Shown here in pieces: positions 36,781-45,961 of a stretch of 64,000 nucleotides of DNA. Under the pieces are notes generated by a model, which made no database searches, was not told the origin of the DNA, and saw nothing but the letters and a program-made list of their open reading frames with translations. Made by a program: the position numbers and the translations under genes. Position 1 is the stretch's first letter. The number at the start of each line of letters is the position of its first letter. Origin of the DNA: Cellvibrionales bacterium UBA1963 (GTDB lineage: Bacteria > Pseudomonadota > Gammaproteobacteria > Pseudomonadales > UBA7434); contig DDED01000160.1 of the NCBI GenBank assembly GCA_002336035.1, forward strand, positions 18,116-82,115, in the 5' to 3' direction.

Positions 36781-37856
36781 CTTTCGGTTGGTAGAATCAG
36801 AGTTTTGGAATTTTTATTAGCCAACTCTCTTACGAGCTTTGGCACCAAATAACCAGGTAGAAGACGGGTTACTTCACCCATAATGCGCTTTGCCCGAGCA
36901 TCAGTAATAGCAAAGTGCGCAGCGCCTGTCACTGGGTCAAGTAAGTGCAAATAATAAGGTAAAACACCGCTATCAAACAAGCGTTGGCTCAGTTCAGCAA
37001 GCGTCTCAGCACGATCATTAACCCCTTTCAACATAACGGACTGGTTTAATACGATTGCGCCAGTTGATTTTATTTTATCAACAGCGTGTTTCACGTTGTT
37101 ATCTATTTCATTGGCATGGTTACTATGAATGACGACAACCTTATGGCCAGGCCAACCTCTTAAGCAATTAATAAGATCTCGATCGATGCGTTGCGGTAAT
37201 ACCACTGGCAAACGACTATGAATTCGAAGTGTTTTGATACTAGTTATAGTGGCTAATTGATCAATGAGCCACTGCAGTTGTTTATTACTAGTCGCTAAGG
37301 GATCGCCACCACTTAAAATAATTTCATTAATGTTAGGCTTAGCTTGTAAATAATGTAAGGCTTTCTCCCAAGCTTGACGTGCAAGCCGATTGTCTTCATA
37401 AGGGAAGTGACGCCGAAAGCAGTAGCGGCAATGTATGGCACAGGCTTGAGTCACAATCAACAATGCTCGATTGCGGTATTTGTGTATAAGCCCAGGCGCA
37501 ACGTTGTAGTCTTTTTCATGCAAGGGGTCGTCTATGTAGCCAGGCATGACTTGATTTTCTTTTTGCAGAGGTAGCACTTGGCGCAATAAGGGGTCATTGA
37601 TATCACCTTTCGTCATTCTCGCGATAAATGGCGCAGGTGCCTTAATGATAAAATCGAGCGGATTAACATCGAGTGGCCCATCCAGGCTGTCAATAAAATC
37701 CTCCTGTTTAAGATTAAGTCGCGTAAGTAATTCTGTTAAGCTGAGATTGGATGTGGAGAGTAACTGTCGCCAATCAGCGGGTTCAAGCACTCGAATCGGT
37801 TGAATTTCGGTCTGACATTTGGTCCCCGTTCGCGTTATCATGGTTTCTTTTATCAC
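36777..37856 (-). CDS. epmB: EF-P beta-lysylation protein EpmB (lysine 2,3-aminomutase-like radical SAM)
   Basis: Radical SAM motif CAIHCRYCFRR and the KamA-family pattern. The gene is divergent from efp, as in E. coli yjeK-efp. Confidence 0.85.
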   Translation of the reverse strand: MIKETMITRTGTKCQTEIQPIRVLEPADWRQLLSTSNLSLTELLTRLNLKQEDFIDSLDGPLDVNPLDFIIKAPAPFIARMTKGDINDPLLRQVLPLQKENQVMPGYIDDPLHEKDYNVAPGLIHKYRNRALLIVTQACAIHCRYCFRRHFPYEDNRLARQAWEKALHYLQAKPNINEIILSGGDPLATSNKQLQWLIDQLATITSIKTLRIHSRLPVVLPQRIDRDLINCLRGWPGHKVVVIHSNHANEIDNNVKHAVDKIKSTGAIVLNQSVMLKGVNDRAETLAELSQRLFDSGVLPYYLHLLDPVTGAAHFAITDARAKRIMGEVTRLLPGYLVPKLVRELANKNSKTLILPTES

Positions 37857-37989
37857 AGTACTGTCCCTGCATTGATATCGGTTTCACCTTAGGCCAAGCT
37901 AACGTGACTTTCAGCTAAGGCATTGTAGATTGAACTCCATAGCAGCAACAGCGATAATCACCTAATTTACGACTTTATTGAGGCACAAC

Positions 37990-38553
37990 ATGGCGACTTA
38001 TTCTACCAACGAATTTAAGAACGGCTTGAAACTAATTATCGATGGTGATCCCTGTAATATTGTTGAGAATGAGGTGGTTAAACCCGGAAAAGGACAGGCG
38101 TTTAATCGAGTTCGATTAAAAAACTTAAAGACGGGAAGAGCTTGGGAAAAGACATTTAAGTCTGGTGAGAGCGTTGAAGGGGCTGACGTGATGGACACCG
38201 ATATGGAATACCTCTATTGCGACGATGAATTTTGGTATTTTATGGATCCGATTAGTTTTGAGCAAATACCTGCTTCACTTGAAGCGGTTGCGGATGCTAA
38301 ATTGTACTTAAAAGAGCAAGACAGTTGCGTGGTAACACTTTGGAACGGTGCTCCGCTCACGGTATCACCGCCAAATTTTGTCGAATTAGCGGTAGTTGAG
38401 ACAGACCCGGGTTTAAAAGGCGACACAGCCCAAGGAGGCACTAAGCCGGCGACCTTATCGACCGGTGCTGTAGTGCGAGTGCCATTATTTATCGATCAAG
38501 GTGAAATACTAAAAATTGATACCCGCACGGGCGAATATGTCTCGCGCGCATGA
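37990..38553 (+). CDS. efp: Elongation factor P
   Basis: [35 protein letters not shown] (carries the modifiable Lys), 187 aa. Confidence 0.95.
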   Translation: MATYSTNEFKNGLKLIIDGDPCNIVENEVVKPGKGQAFNRVRLKNLKTGRAWEKTFKSGESVEGADVMDTDMEYLYCDDEFWYFMDPISFEQIPASLEAVADAKLYLKEQDSCVVTLWNGAPLTVSPPNFVELAVVETDPGLKGDTAQGGTKPATLSTGAVVRVPLFIDQGEILKIDTRTGEYVSRA

Positions 38554-39506
38554 TCGAAACAACGGGCGCTAACCCTTCTGCATTAAGTTCTAGCAATGTG
38601 CAACAGAGGTTAACCCGACGTGCGAACTTATTGGCAAGCATTCGGCATTATTTTGATCAACAAAAACTGCTGGAAGTTGAAACGCCGCAGCTGTCTAATT
38701 TTCCTGTCACTGATCCTCAGCTGGAAAATTTGCAGGTTGAAAACCCTCGACTTAATCATCAAGCTACTCGTCAACCTTGGTTGTATTTAACGACCTCACC
38801 TGAGTACCAGATGAAACAATTGCTATCACTTGGCAGTGGCTCCATTTACCAAATCTGTAAATCATTTCGTCATGAGACTCCTAGCCCGAAGCACAGCATT
38901 GAATTCACTATGCTTGAATGGTATCGAGTTGACTTCGATATGATAGATTTAATAAACGATGTTACCGGCCTACTTAAAAAAACTGTGTCAGAACCAATAA
39001 TGGCTGAAGGAATAGAAATATTATCCTACCGTGAGGCGTTTTTACGGCATCTATTAATTGATCCTTTTACGCTGAGTCGTGAGCAATTAGAGGACTTTGC
39101 CCGAAAGAAAGTTGACTGTCATTTTACGAATCAAGACAAAGATATTTGGTTAGATTTGCTGATGAGCCATTGCATAGAGCCATTGTTAGGACAGCAGAGG
39201 CCCTGTTTTTTAATCGATTATCCGGCCTCGCAAGCTGCCTTAGCACGCATAGAAATTGATGCCCAAGGCAATGCAATTGCCAAGCGATTTGAGTTGTATA
39301 TCAAGGGTATAGAGTTAGCAAACGGTTATCATGAGTTGGCTGATTACGACCAACATATCAGGCGTTTTGAGCAAGATAATCAACGTCGACGGGCACTGGG
39401 TTTATCTACCCGGGCAGTTGACCAGCCATTTCTTGAGGCAATAAAATTAGGCCTACCTAATTGTGCTGGCGTTGCCTTGGGTGTTGATCGGTTATTACTC
39501 CTGTAA
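38550..39506 (+). CDS. epmA: EF-P--(R)-beta-lysine ligase EpmA (PoxA/GenX)
   Basis: 318 aa with a class II LysRS-like catalytic core ([27 protein letters not shown]). The start overlaps the efp stop by 4 nt. Confidence 0.85.
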   Translation: MIETTGANPSALSSSNVQQRLTRRANLLASIRHYFDQQKLLEVETPQLSNFPVTDPQLENLQVENPRLNHQATRQPWLYLTTSPEYQMKQLLSLGSGSIYQICKSFRHETPSPKHSIEFTMLEWYRVDFDMIDLINDVTGLLKKTVSEPIMAEGIEILSYREAFLRHLLIDPFTLSREQLEDFARKKVDCHFTNQDKDIWLDLLMSHCIEPLLGQQRPCFLIDYPASQAALARIEIDAQGNAIAKRFELYIKGIELANGYHELADYDQHIRRFEQDNQRRRALGLSTRAVDQPFLEAIKLGLPNCAGVALGVDRLLLL

Positions 39507-39518
39507 ACAACTGATGGA

Positions 39519-40073
39519 CTAGTCAGCAGAAATTGCTACGATATCGTTTGGGCCAAGCTTTCGATCAGCAATACCAATGAAGCCATCGTTGCCAATATAG
39601 CTGTCTTCACCACAAATTAGGCCGTCGTCATTAATGGGCCAAAATATTGCGCTTCGCGTTTCATAAAGGTAATAGGCCTCCGTTTCATCGACACTGTGTC
39701 CCATAGCTTCTAGTATTGAGCCAGGGTACGCTATTCGCATCCTGCCTTCGGTAATCACGCAATGACGGTCAACGACCAAACGATCAATATTATGTTCGAT
39801 TCGATAAATATCCATGGCAATAATAGATTGATAAAAAGCTTCTACATTCTCCTTGCCTTTCGGACCGGCAAGGGCTTCATCGTCTTCATTGCCAAAAAAA
39901 TGATAACGAGCATCTTCAGCCACGGTAGACATGAGCTGCTCAAAGTCAAGAGTGGCTTCGGCTTTCATATGGGTGTAGACCAAATCTAAGTTTCGTTTTA
40001 AAATTGGGTCAGTTTCAGCCGCGAGTCTTTTCTCGACTAAGGCCCAATTTTTACGCGCGTCAATTAATGCCAT
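39519..40073 (-). CDS. NTF2/SnoaL-like hypothetical protein
   Basis: 184-aa intact ORF with no signal peptide. Its pattern is loosely SnoaL-like, so the assignment is weak. Confidence 0.45.
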   Translation of the reverse strand: MALIDARKNWALVEKRLAAETDPILKRNLDLVYTHMKAEATLDFEQLMSTVAEDARYHFFGNEDDEALAGPKGKENVEAFYQSIIAMDIYRIEHNIDRLVVDRHCVITEGRMRIAYPGSILEAMGHSVDETEAYYLYETRSAIFWPINDDGLICGEDSYIGNDGFIGIADRKLGPNDIVAISAD

Positions 40074-40148
40074 GGTATTTACTCTCTATTGTCATTGTTA
40101 TTCGAGTTATCTTACTACGTGTTGAAAGTATTGTCGAAAGCTCCAAAT

Positions 40149-41009
40149 TTAGCCGTTAAACACTCCTAGTGCTTGGCCCATTTTCACGGCTGATCCATTA
40201 ACTAAGTCTTTATTCCATATCGCTGTTTCAGCAGGAAATAATACAATAGCCGTAGAGCCTAATTTAAAGCGGCCTATTTCATCACCCTTTAACAGCGATA
40301 CTTTTCGCGTAAAATCAACTGTATTTACTCTCTTTGATCTCGGTGTTACCTGTCCTGACCAGGTCGTTTCTATGCCTGCAACGATCATTGCGCCGACTAA
40401 GATAACCACCATGGGGCCGTGTTCAGTAATGAAGTAACAAATAAGCCGTTCATTGTTAGCAAATAGCCCCGGCACATTATTAGCCGTCACCTGATTAACT
40501 GAAAATAATTTCCCTGGCACATAATGAGTCTTTTGCAATTGGCCCGCAAATGGCATGTGCACCCGATGGTAATCTTTAGGGGATAAGTAAACAGTTGCAA
40601 ATGCGCCGCCATTAAATAGTTCAGATAAATATTGGTCACCGCCAAGTAGGGCTAAAAGTGAATAATCGTGATTTTTTGCTTGTATGATCCGATCATTTTT
40701 GAGGTAACCGATTTCACTAACGGCACCATCTGCAGGTGAGATAATACTGTTAATAGTTGGATCAATAGGCCTAGCGCCAGGGGTTAGCGGCCTAGTAAAA
40801 AATGCGTTAAAGCTATTATATTTATCATAGTCAGCAGGTACGGCTTCTGCAATATTGATAGTAAAGTGTTTACTGAATAAAGTAATTAAAGTTTTTTTCA
40901 GCCAAGGTATTTCACTGTCGGCGAGTAAACCCGCTAATCGAGACAGTATATGCTGCGGTAAACAGTATTGAATAAAAACAAACAGCTTATCTAACATTTT
41001 ATGAGCCAA
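40149..41009 (-). CDS. psd: Phosphatidylserine decarboxylase proenzyme
   Basis: 286 aa, with the self-cleavage site FKLGSTAIV (G-S-T) and YHRVHMP. Confidence 0.9.
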   Translation of the reverse strand: MAHKMLDKLFVFIQYCLPQHILSRLAGLLADSEIPWLKKTLITLFSKHFTINIAEAVPADYDKYNSFNAFFTRPLTPGARPIDPTINSIISPADGAVSEIGYLKNDRIIQAKNHDYSLLALLGGDQYLSELFNGGAFATVYLSPKDYHRVHMPFAGQLQKTHYVPGKLFSVNQVTANNVPGLFANNERLICYFITEHGPMVVILVGAMIVAGIETTWSGQVTPRSKRVNTVDFTRKVSLLKGDEIGRFKLGSTAIVLFPAETAIWNKDLVNGSAVKMGQALGVFNG

Positions 41010-41029
41010 CCGTTGTAGTGAGTTGTGGA

Positions 41030-41869
41030 TTAAATTTTTTCAATCGGGGTGTCGTTTCGATTCCCCCATTCTGACCAAGAGCCATCATATGCGGCAATTG
41101 GTATGCCCAGTAGCTTGCCAACCAAGTAGCTAAGACCTGAGCGGTGATGGGTTTGGCAATGAGTAATTATTTTTTTACTGCCATCTAGTCCGACACTGTC
41201 CATTTGCTGTTTAATTAAGGGCAGAGGCTGAAGTTGTAATGCACGAGTGTTATCGATTAAATCTAACCAATCAATATTAGCGGCACCGGGGATGTGACCA
41301 CCCCTTTCAGCGAGAACTTTTTTACCAGAAAATTCTTCAGCGGATCTTGCGTCCCAGATGTGATATTTACCGTCAGTTAAGTGTGCAATGATATCTTCTG
41401 CAGTAATCAACAGATCAGTATTAATGGTCACATTATAGTTCGATTCAACGGGCAATGTGCTCACAGCCGCGCTATTTACAGCCCGCTTCTCTGCTTGCCA
41501 GCGAGTTAAGCCGCCGTCTAGGTATTGATAATGCTGGTGGCCAATGATGTCCAATGTCCAGATTAATCGGCCAGCCCAACCGCCGCCTTCGTCATCGTAA
41601 GCGATGACATGACTATTTTTATGAAGGCCTATGCGACGAAACACAGAGTTTAATTTTTCTGCACTCGGTAGCTTGCCTATTGCTGGTGCAATACCACTGG
41701 TTAGATCTGATGGTAATATATGAACTGAGTTCGGAATATGACCCGCAACATAGGCTGCGGCACTGCCGATGAAAATGATGATGCTAGCGGCATCATTGAT
41801 TTTTTCTTCGAGCTGTTCACTGCTAATTAACAATTCGTTCCACGCAGTGATATCGGTCATATTATCCAT
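41030..41869 (-). CDS. Tandem-rhodanese sulfurtransferase
   Basis: 279 aa with two rhodanese modules and the active-site loop CQTHHRSG. Position upstream of psd matches rhdA-psd in Pseudomonas (from memory). Confidence 0.78.
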   Translation of the reverse strand: MDNMTDITAWNELLISSEQLEEKINDAASIIIFIGSAAAYVAGHIPNSVHILPSDLTSGIAPAIGKLPSAEKLNSVFRRIGLHKNSHVIAYDDEGGGWAGRLIWTLDIIGHQHYQYLDGGLTRWQAEKRAVNSAAVSTLPVESNYNVTINTDLLITAEDIIAHLTDGKYHIWDARSAEEFSGKKVLAERGGHIPGAANIDWLDLIDNTRALQLQPLPLIKQQMDSVGLDGSKKIITHCQTHHRSGLSYLVGKLLGIPIAAYDGSWSEWGNRNDTPIEKI

Positions 41870-41907
41870 AGTGAATTACACTCGAGTTGCGTTAAGAAGG
41901 CGGCACA

Positions 41908-42930
41908 TCAGTTGTCTAGTGAGCTGAGAATGTGATGATAACTGCTCATTCTTGAAGGGTGTATTTTCCCTTGCTCAAAGGCTAATTGTAATGCGCAACC
42001 GTGGCTTTTGCCATGCTCGCAATCTCTAAATTTACATAAATCGGCATGCACCCTAAATTCAGGTAACCCTTCAATAATTGCTTCTGGGCTTAAATGCCAA
42101 AGACCAAATTCGCGAATACCTGGTGAGTCAATAATGGCGCCACTGCCAGCAATACTGTTTTCTTTCAGTGGGTAAAGCTGTGACGTAGTGGTGGTATGAC
42201 GACCTTTATCATTAGCGCTTGAGATTGCGGCTGTCTTCGCAGTATTAGATCCTGCTAGGACATTAATGATCGATGATTTCCCCACCCCCGATTGACCGAC
42301 CAATATGCTGTTTTTGTCCGCGATAAAATCGATAAATTCTTGTTGTTGCAATGAGGTGGGCGATGCTTGTGCCGAAAACCGAAAAATTCGATAACCTAAG
42401 CTACTGTACAATGCTAACAAGTGTTCCAGCTCAGCAGCAACAGTGGGATTATCGGCCAGTAAATCTTCCTTATTTAGTAATAAGCAGACCTCAAGTTTGG
42501 CATTCTCTGCAGCGATAAGAAAGCGATCTATTAAACTGCTAATTGGCTCTGGCTTCGCAGCGAGAGTAATAATAATAGTATCAATATTAGCCGCGACGGG
42601 TTTTGGATCTTGATAAGGGCGTGGCCGCTGAAGTAACGAGTCACGGGTTAATAAACCCTCAATAATGCCAGTATTAGTCTGCGCTAATGGTCGCCATAAT
42701 ACTCGGTCACCGCAAACAATAGTGGGTAAATTAGCCCGAAAGTGACACCTTTTACTGGCTTGGCTGCCCGGAGTATCAGCACTATCAACTAATAGAACTT
42801 CAACTTCTTTGCCATGATGACTAATAACAAGACCGCGGAGCAGTTCAGTATCAAAGGGATTATCGATGACCGCCGCCTGCTTGCTGGCGATCCTATTTTG
42901 TTGTTGCTGGTTGAGTTTTCTTTTGCTCAT
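41908..42930 (-). CDS. rsgA: Ribosome small-subunit-dependent GTPase A
   Basis: 340 aa, with circularly permuted GTPase motifs (LLNKEDL before VGQSGVGKSS) and the zinc knuckle CKFRDCEHGKSHGC. Confidence 0.9.
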   Translation of the reverse strand: MSKRKLNQQQQNRIASKQAAVIDNPFDTELLRGLVISHHGKEVEVLLVDSADTPGSQASKRCHFRANLPTIVCGDRVLWRPLAQTNTGIIEGLLTRDSLLQRPRPYQDPKPVAANIDTIIITLAAKPEPISSLIDRFLIAAENAKLEVCLLLNKEDLLADNPTVAAELEHLLALYSSLGYRIFRFSAQASPTSLQQQEFIDFIADKNSILVGQSGVGKSSIINVLAGSNTAKTAAISSANDKGRHTTTTSQLYPLKENSIAGSGAIIDSPGIREFGLWHLSPEAIIEGLPEFRVHADLCKFRDCEHGKSHGCALQLAFEQGKIHPSRMSSYHHILSSLDN

Positions 42931-43104
42931 GTATTGGCTGCATAATAGTTAAGCGACAAGCTTACTGCCTCATGCCAACAACTTCAAACGCTTCGTGCTT
43001 ATTGCCTAATAGACAGCCGAATTAATCTAGGTAAAATGCTTAACCGGTGGTATAAGATAACTCTGCGCCCCGTTATACTCAACGTAAGAGAGGAGCTTGA
43101 GAGT

Positions 43105-43647
43105 ATGCAAGAATTAAATCGCTTAATTTGGATTGACTTAGAAATGACCGGCTTAAAACCTAATTCTGATGTCATTATAGAAATAGCGACTATTGTCACC
43201 GATGCTGATTTACGTACGGTAGCAGAAGGCCCTGTATTAGCCATTCATCAAAAAGATGAGGTTTTGACTGCGATGGACGAATGGAATACCCGTCAACATG
43301 GCCAGTCTGGATTGGTTAAACGAGTCCGTGCGAGCCAGTTAACTATGGCTGATGCGGAGGCACAGACATTGACGTTTTTGAAGCAACACCTGCAAGCAGG
43401 TGATTCACCCATGTGTGGCAATAGTATTTGTCAAGATCGACGTTTTATGGCGAATTATATGCCGGAGCTAGAGCGCTTTTTCCATTACCGAAATTTAGAC
43501 GTTAGCACGCTAAAAGAATTAGCTCGAAGGTGGAAGCCAAAGGTACTTCAGGGAATGAAAAAAAAGGCTAGCCATCTAGCTATGGATGATATTAAGGATT
43601 CAATAGAAGAGTTGCGTTATTATCGAAGCGTTTTAATGAACGTTTAA
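43105..43647 (+). CDS. orn: Oligoribonuclease
   Basis: [17 protein letters not shown] (DEDD exo I), about 180 aa, with a GAGAGGAG RBS upstream. The ORF-track start at 43036 is unlikely. Confidence 0.9.
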   Translation: MQELNRLIWIDLEMTGLKPNSDVIIEIATIVTDADLRTVAEGPVLAIHQKDEVLTAMDEWNTRQHGQSGLVKRVRASQLTMADAEAQTLTFLKQHLQAGDSPMCGNSICQDRRFMANYMPELERFFHYRNLDVSTLKELARRWKPKVLQGMKKKASHLAMDDIKDSIEELRYYRSVLMNV

Positions 43648-43680
43648 CCATAAAATTAAACCGACACAATAAATAAAAAA

Positions 43681-44802
43681 ATGTCAAAAAATATATCCCA
43701 ACAATTAATGTCTCGATTAATCAATCATATCTTGGCCAACACCAGCGATGAGGTTGATGATTGTCTTACAGAGCCCGCCAATTTTTTCACTGATATTAAT
43801 CGATTCAAAAAAGAGCGGCAACAATTTTTTTTAGATACACCGCAATTGCTTGGATTTTCTGGGGACGTATCAGAGCCAAATACTTTTATGACCTTTGAGT
43901 GCATGGGGGTGCCTATTGTTGTAACTAGGAATAGTCTGGGCCAGTTAAAAGCATTTATTAATGCTTGTTCGCACCGCGGCGCGCGAGTGGCTGATGGCGG
44001 TGGCAATAAAAAAAGGATGAGCTGCAAATTTCATGGTTGGAGTTATGATTTAGATGGCGATCTAGTCGGCGTACCCAGCAGTCAATGTTTTGATATTGAT
44101 AAAGCAAGTTGCAGTTTGACGTCACTACCAATCGTTGATCATCAGGGTTTATTACTGGTTGGTCTTAGTCAAAAGGTCTCAAAGGAAAAATTAAATGAAT
44201 TTTTAGTACCTTTAGATTCACAAATCAAAGAATTCAATTTTGCTAAATTAAAAAATATAGCGGTGAGGAAATTTGAGGTGGCTGCCAATTGGAAGTTGGT
44301 TGTAAGTCTCAGTCATGAGTCATACCATTTTGCGAATTTACACCGAGAATCATTAGCGCCGATCATGACTTCACACAGTGTTTTTGATCAATTTGGGATG
44401 CACACACGCTGGGCTTTTCCTCTCAAAGGGATTGAGCGTTGGGCCCAAAAACCCCGTATTGATTGGCCAAAAAAATTACCTGGTGCTATTAGTCACACTT
44501 TATTTCCCGGGACAGTCATCGTCGTTAATGCTCAAGACGCACAAATCATTCGAGTTGAACCGGGATCTTCAGTTGATTGTTCGGTGGTTTATTATTCCGG
44601 TGGTTGTGCTAATAGTGACTTAATGGAGGAAAGCTTGCAGGCATATAACTTTGGTGGTGATATATTTGCTAATGAAGATCTACCCGTTGCAGAGCAATGC
44701 CAACAAGGCATTATGGCTAGACAAGCGGATATAATTATAGGTAAAAATGAACCTGTGGTTCAACTTTGGCACCGGCTCTGGCGAGGCGAACTGGATAGTT
44801 AA
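43681..44802 (+). CDS. Rieske [2Fe-2S] non-heme iron oxygenase, alpha-subunit type
   Basis: The Rieske motif is CSHRGARV...CKFHGWSY (CxH-x17-CxxH), and the catalytic domain contains ESYHFANLH. Confidence 0.8.
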   Translation: MSKNISQQLMSRLINHILANTSDEVDDCLTEPANFFTDINRFKKERQQFFLDTPQLLGFSGDVSEPNTFMTFECMGVPIVVTRNSLGQLKAFINACSHRGARVADGGGNKKRMSCKFHGWSYDLDGDLVGVPSSQCFDIDKASCSLTSLPIVDHQGLLLVGLSQKVSKEKLNEFLVPLDSQIKEFNFAKLKNIAVRKFEVAANWKLVVSLSHESYHFANLHRESLAPIMTSHSVFDQFGMHTRWAFPLKGIERWAQKPRIDWPKKLPGAISHTLFPGTVIVVNAQDAQIIRVEPGSSVDCSVVYYSGGCANSDLMEESLQAYNFGGDIFANEDLPVAEQCQQGIMARQADIIIGKNEPVVQLWHRLWRGELDS

Positions 44803-44809
44803 TTGGATT

Positions 44810-45289
44810 TCATAGGTTATGCATTTTGCGTAAATGTGTCAGTAAGCCCTTAGCTGCTTTTTCTAATACACTAACGGTTCCATCAAATTGGTTCGCTTCG
44901 TGGTAGTAGGGGTCTGGCACTTGGGCATACTCACTTGCTCCACCGTAACGCATAAATAAACTAAGCTCACCTTGATAATCTTCAGGCGCCCATGCTTTGA
45001 CGCTCATCATGTTAATATTGTCCATTGAAATAACATAGTTTGCTTGCTCGTAATCGGCCGGGGTGATTTGCCTCGCAATTTGCTTTTCAATATCATAACC
45101 TTTCCGTTGACATGCTGCTATTGCTCGAGGGTCTGGGTTTTTACCGACATTGAAGGCGGCAGTCCCACATGAATCAACGGTAATTTTATCTTGCAGCCCA
45201 GCATCGTTAACTAGCCGCTCAAGAATACCTTGTGCGCTGGGCGAGCGGCAAATGTTACCAAGACAGACGAATACGATATGAATGGTCAT
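44810..45289 (-). CDS. Low-molecular-weight protein-tyrosine phosphatase
   Basis: MTIHIVFVCLGNICRSPSAQG (CX5R(S/T) P-loop) and the DP motif VPDPYY. I prefer the start at 45289 over 45325. Confidence 0.85.
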   Translation of the reverse strand: MTIHIVFVCLGNICRSPSAQGILERLVNDAGLQDKITVDSCGTAAFNVGKNPDPRAIAACQRKGYDIEKQIARQITPADYEQANYVISMDNINMMSVKAWAPEDYQGELSLFMRYGGASEYAQVPDPYYHEANQFDGTVSVLEKAAKGLLTHLRKMHNL

Positions 45290-45402
45290 TGTTTCCTGAT
45301 CGTTTAGTGTTATTTTGTAGATCAAGTAAGGCTAAAGCAGCTTACGGTAAGCCCTATTATTACATAATAAAACCACGGATGTGTAACCGTTAGGAGAATA
45401 AT

Positions 45403-45945
45403 ATGAGTATTGATCCCGTACAAATGTTGTTAGAGAAAGACGCAATAAAAAATATTAAGTATGAATATTTTCGCCGTCTTGACAGTAAACAGTTTAATGA
45501 ATTAATTAAACTGTTTACTGAAGATGCAACGACTGCCTATGATAATGGTCGTTATTCATGTCACGGTCGTGAGAGTATTTTCAATTTCCTAGATGAGTCG
45601 ATGTCGACGCATCAATGCCTTTCGCAACACCAAGCACATCATCCAGAAATTAAATTTATTGATGATACACATGCTACTGGTATGTGGCACTTTGAAGATA
45701 CGGTTTATCGTTTAGACGATAATGTAAAGATTACTGGCGTTGGCATTTATTGGGATGAGTACGTAAAGACTGATGATGGTTGGTTAATCTCGCACACTGG
45801 TTATGAGCGTTTATGGGTTTGTACTGAGAAATTGAACCTCGATAATTATATTGAAGTGCGATCTTTCTGGGATGCAAAAGAGTTAGACCGTAGTAATAAG
45901 CGTAATAAAACGACTGGCGAGCTCCAATTATACCCACAACGTTAA
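45403..45945 (+). CDS. SnoaL/NTF2-like (SnoaL_4-type) protein
   Basis: 180 aa, with IKNIKYEYFRRLDSKQFNELIKLFTEDATTAY and C-terminal DDGWLISHTGYERLW. Confidence 0.62.
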   Translation: MSIDPVQMLLEKDAIKNIKYEYFRRLDSKQFNELIKLFTEDATTAYDNGRYSCHGRESIFNFLDESMSTHQCLSQHQAHHPEIKFIDDTHATGMWHFEDTVYRLDDNVKITGVGIYWDEYVKTDDGWLISHTGYERLWVCTEKLNLDNYIEVRSFWDAKELDRSNKRNKTTGELQLYPQR

Positions 45946-45961
45946 CCACCGTATAACCATG

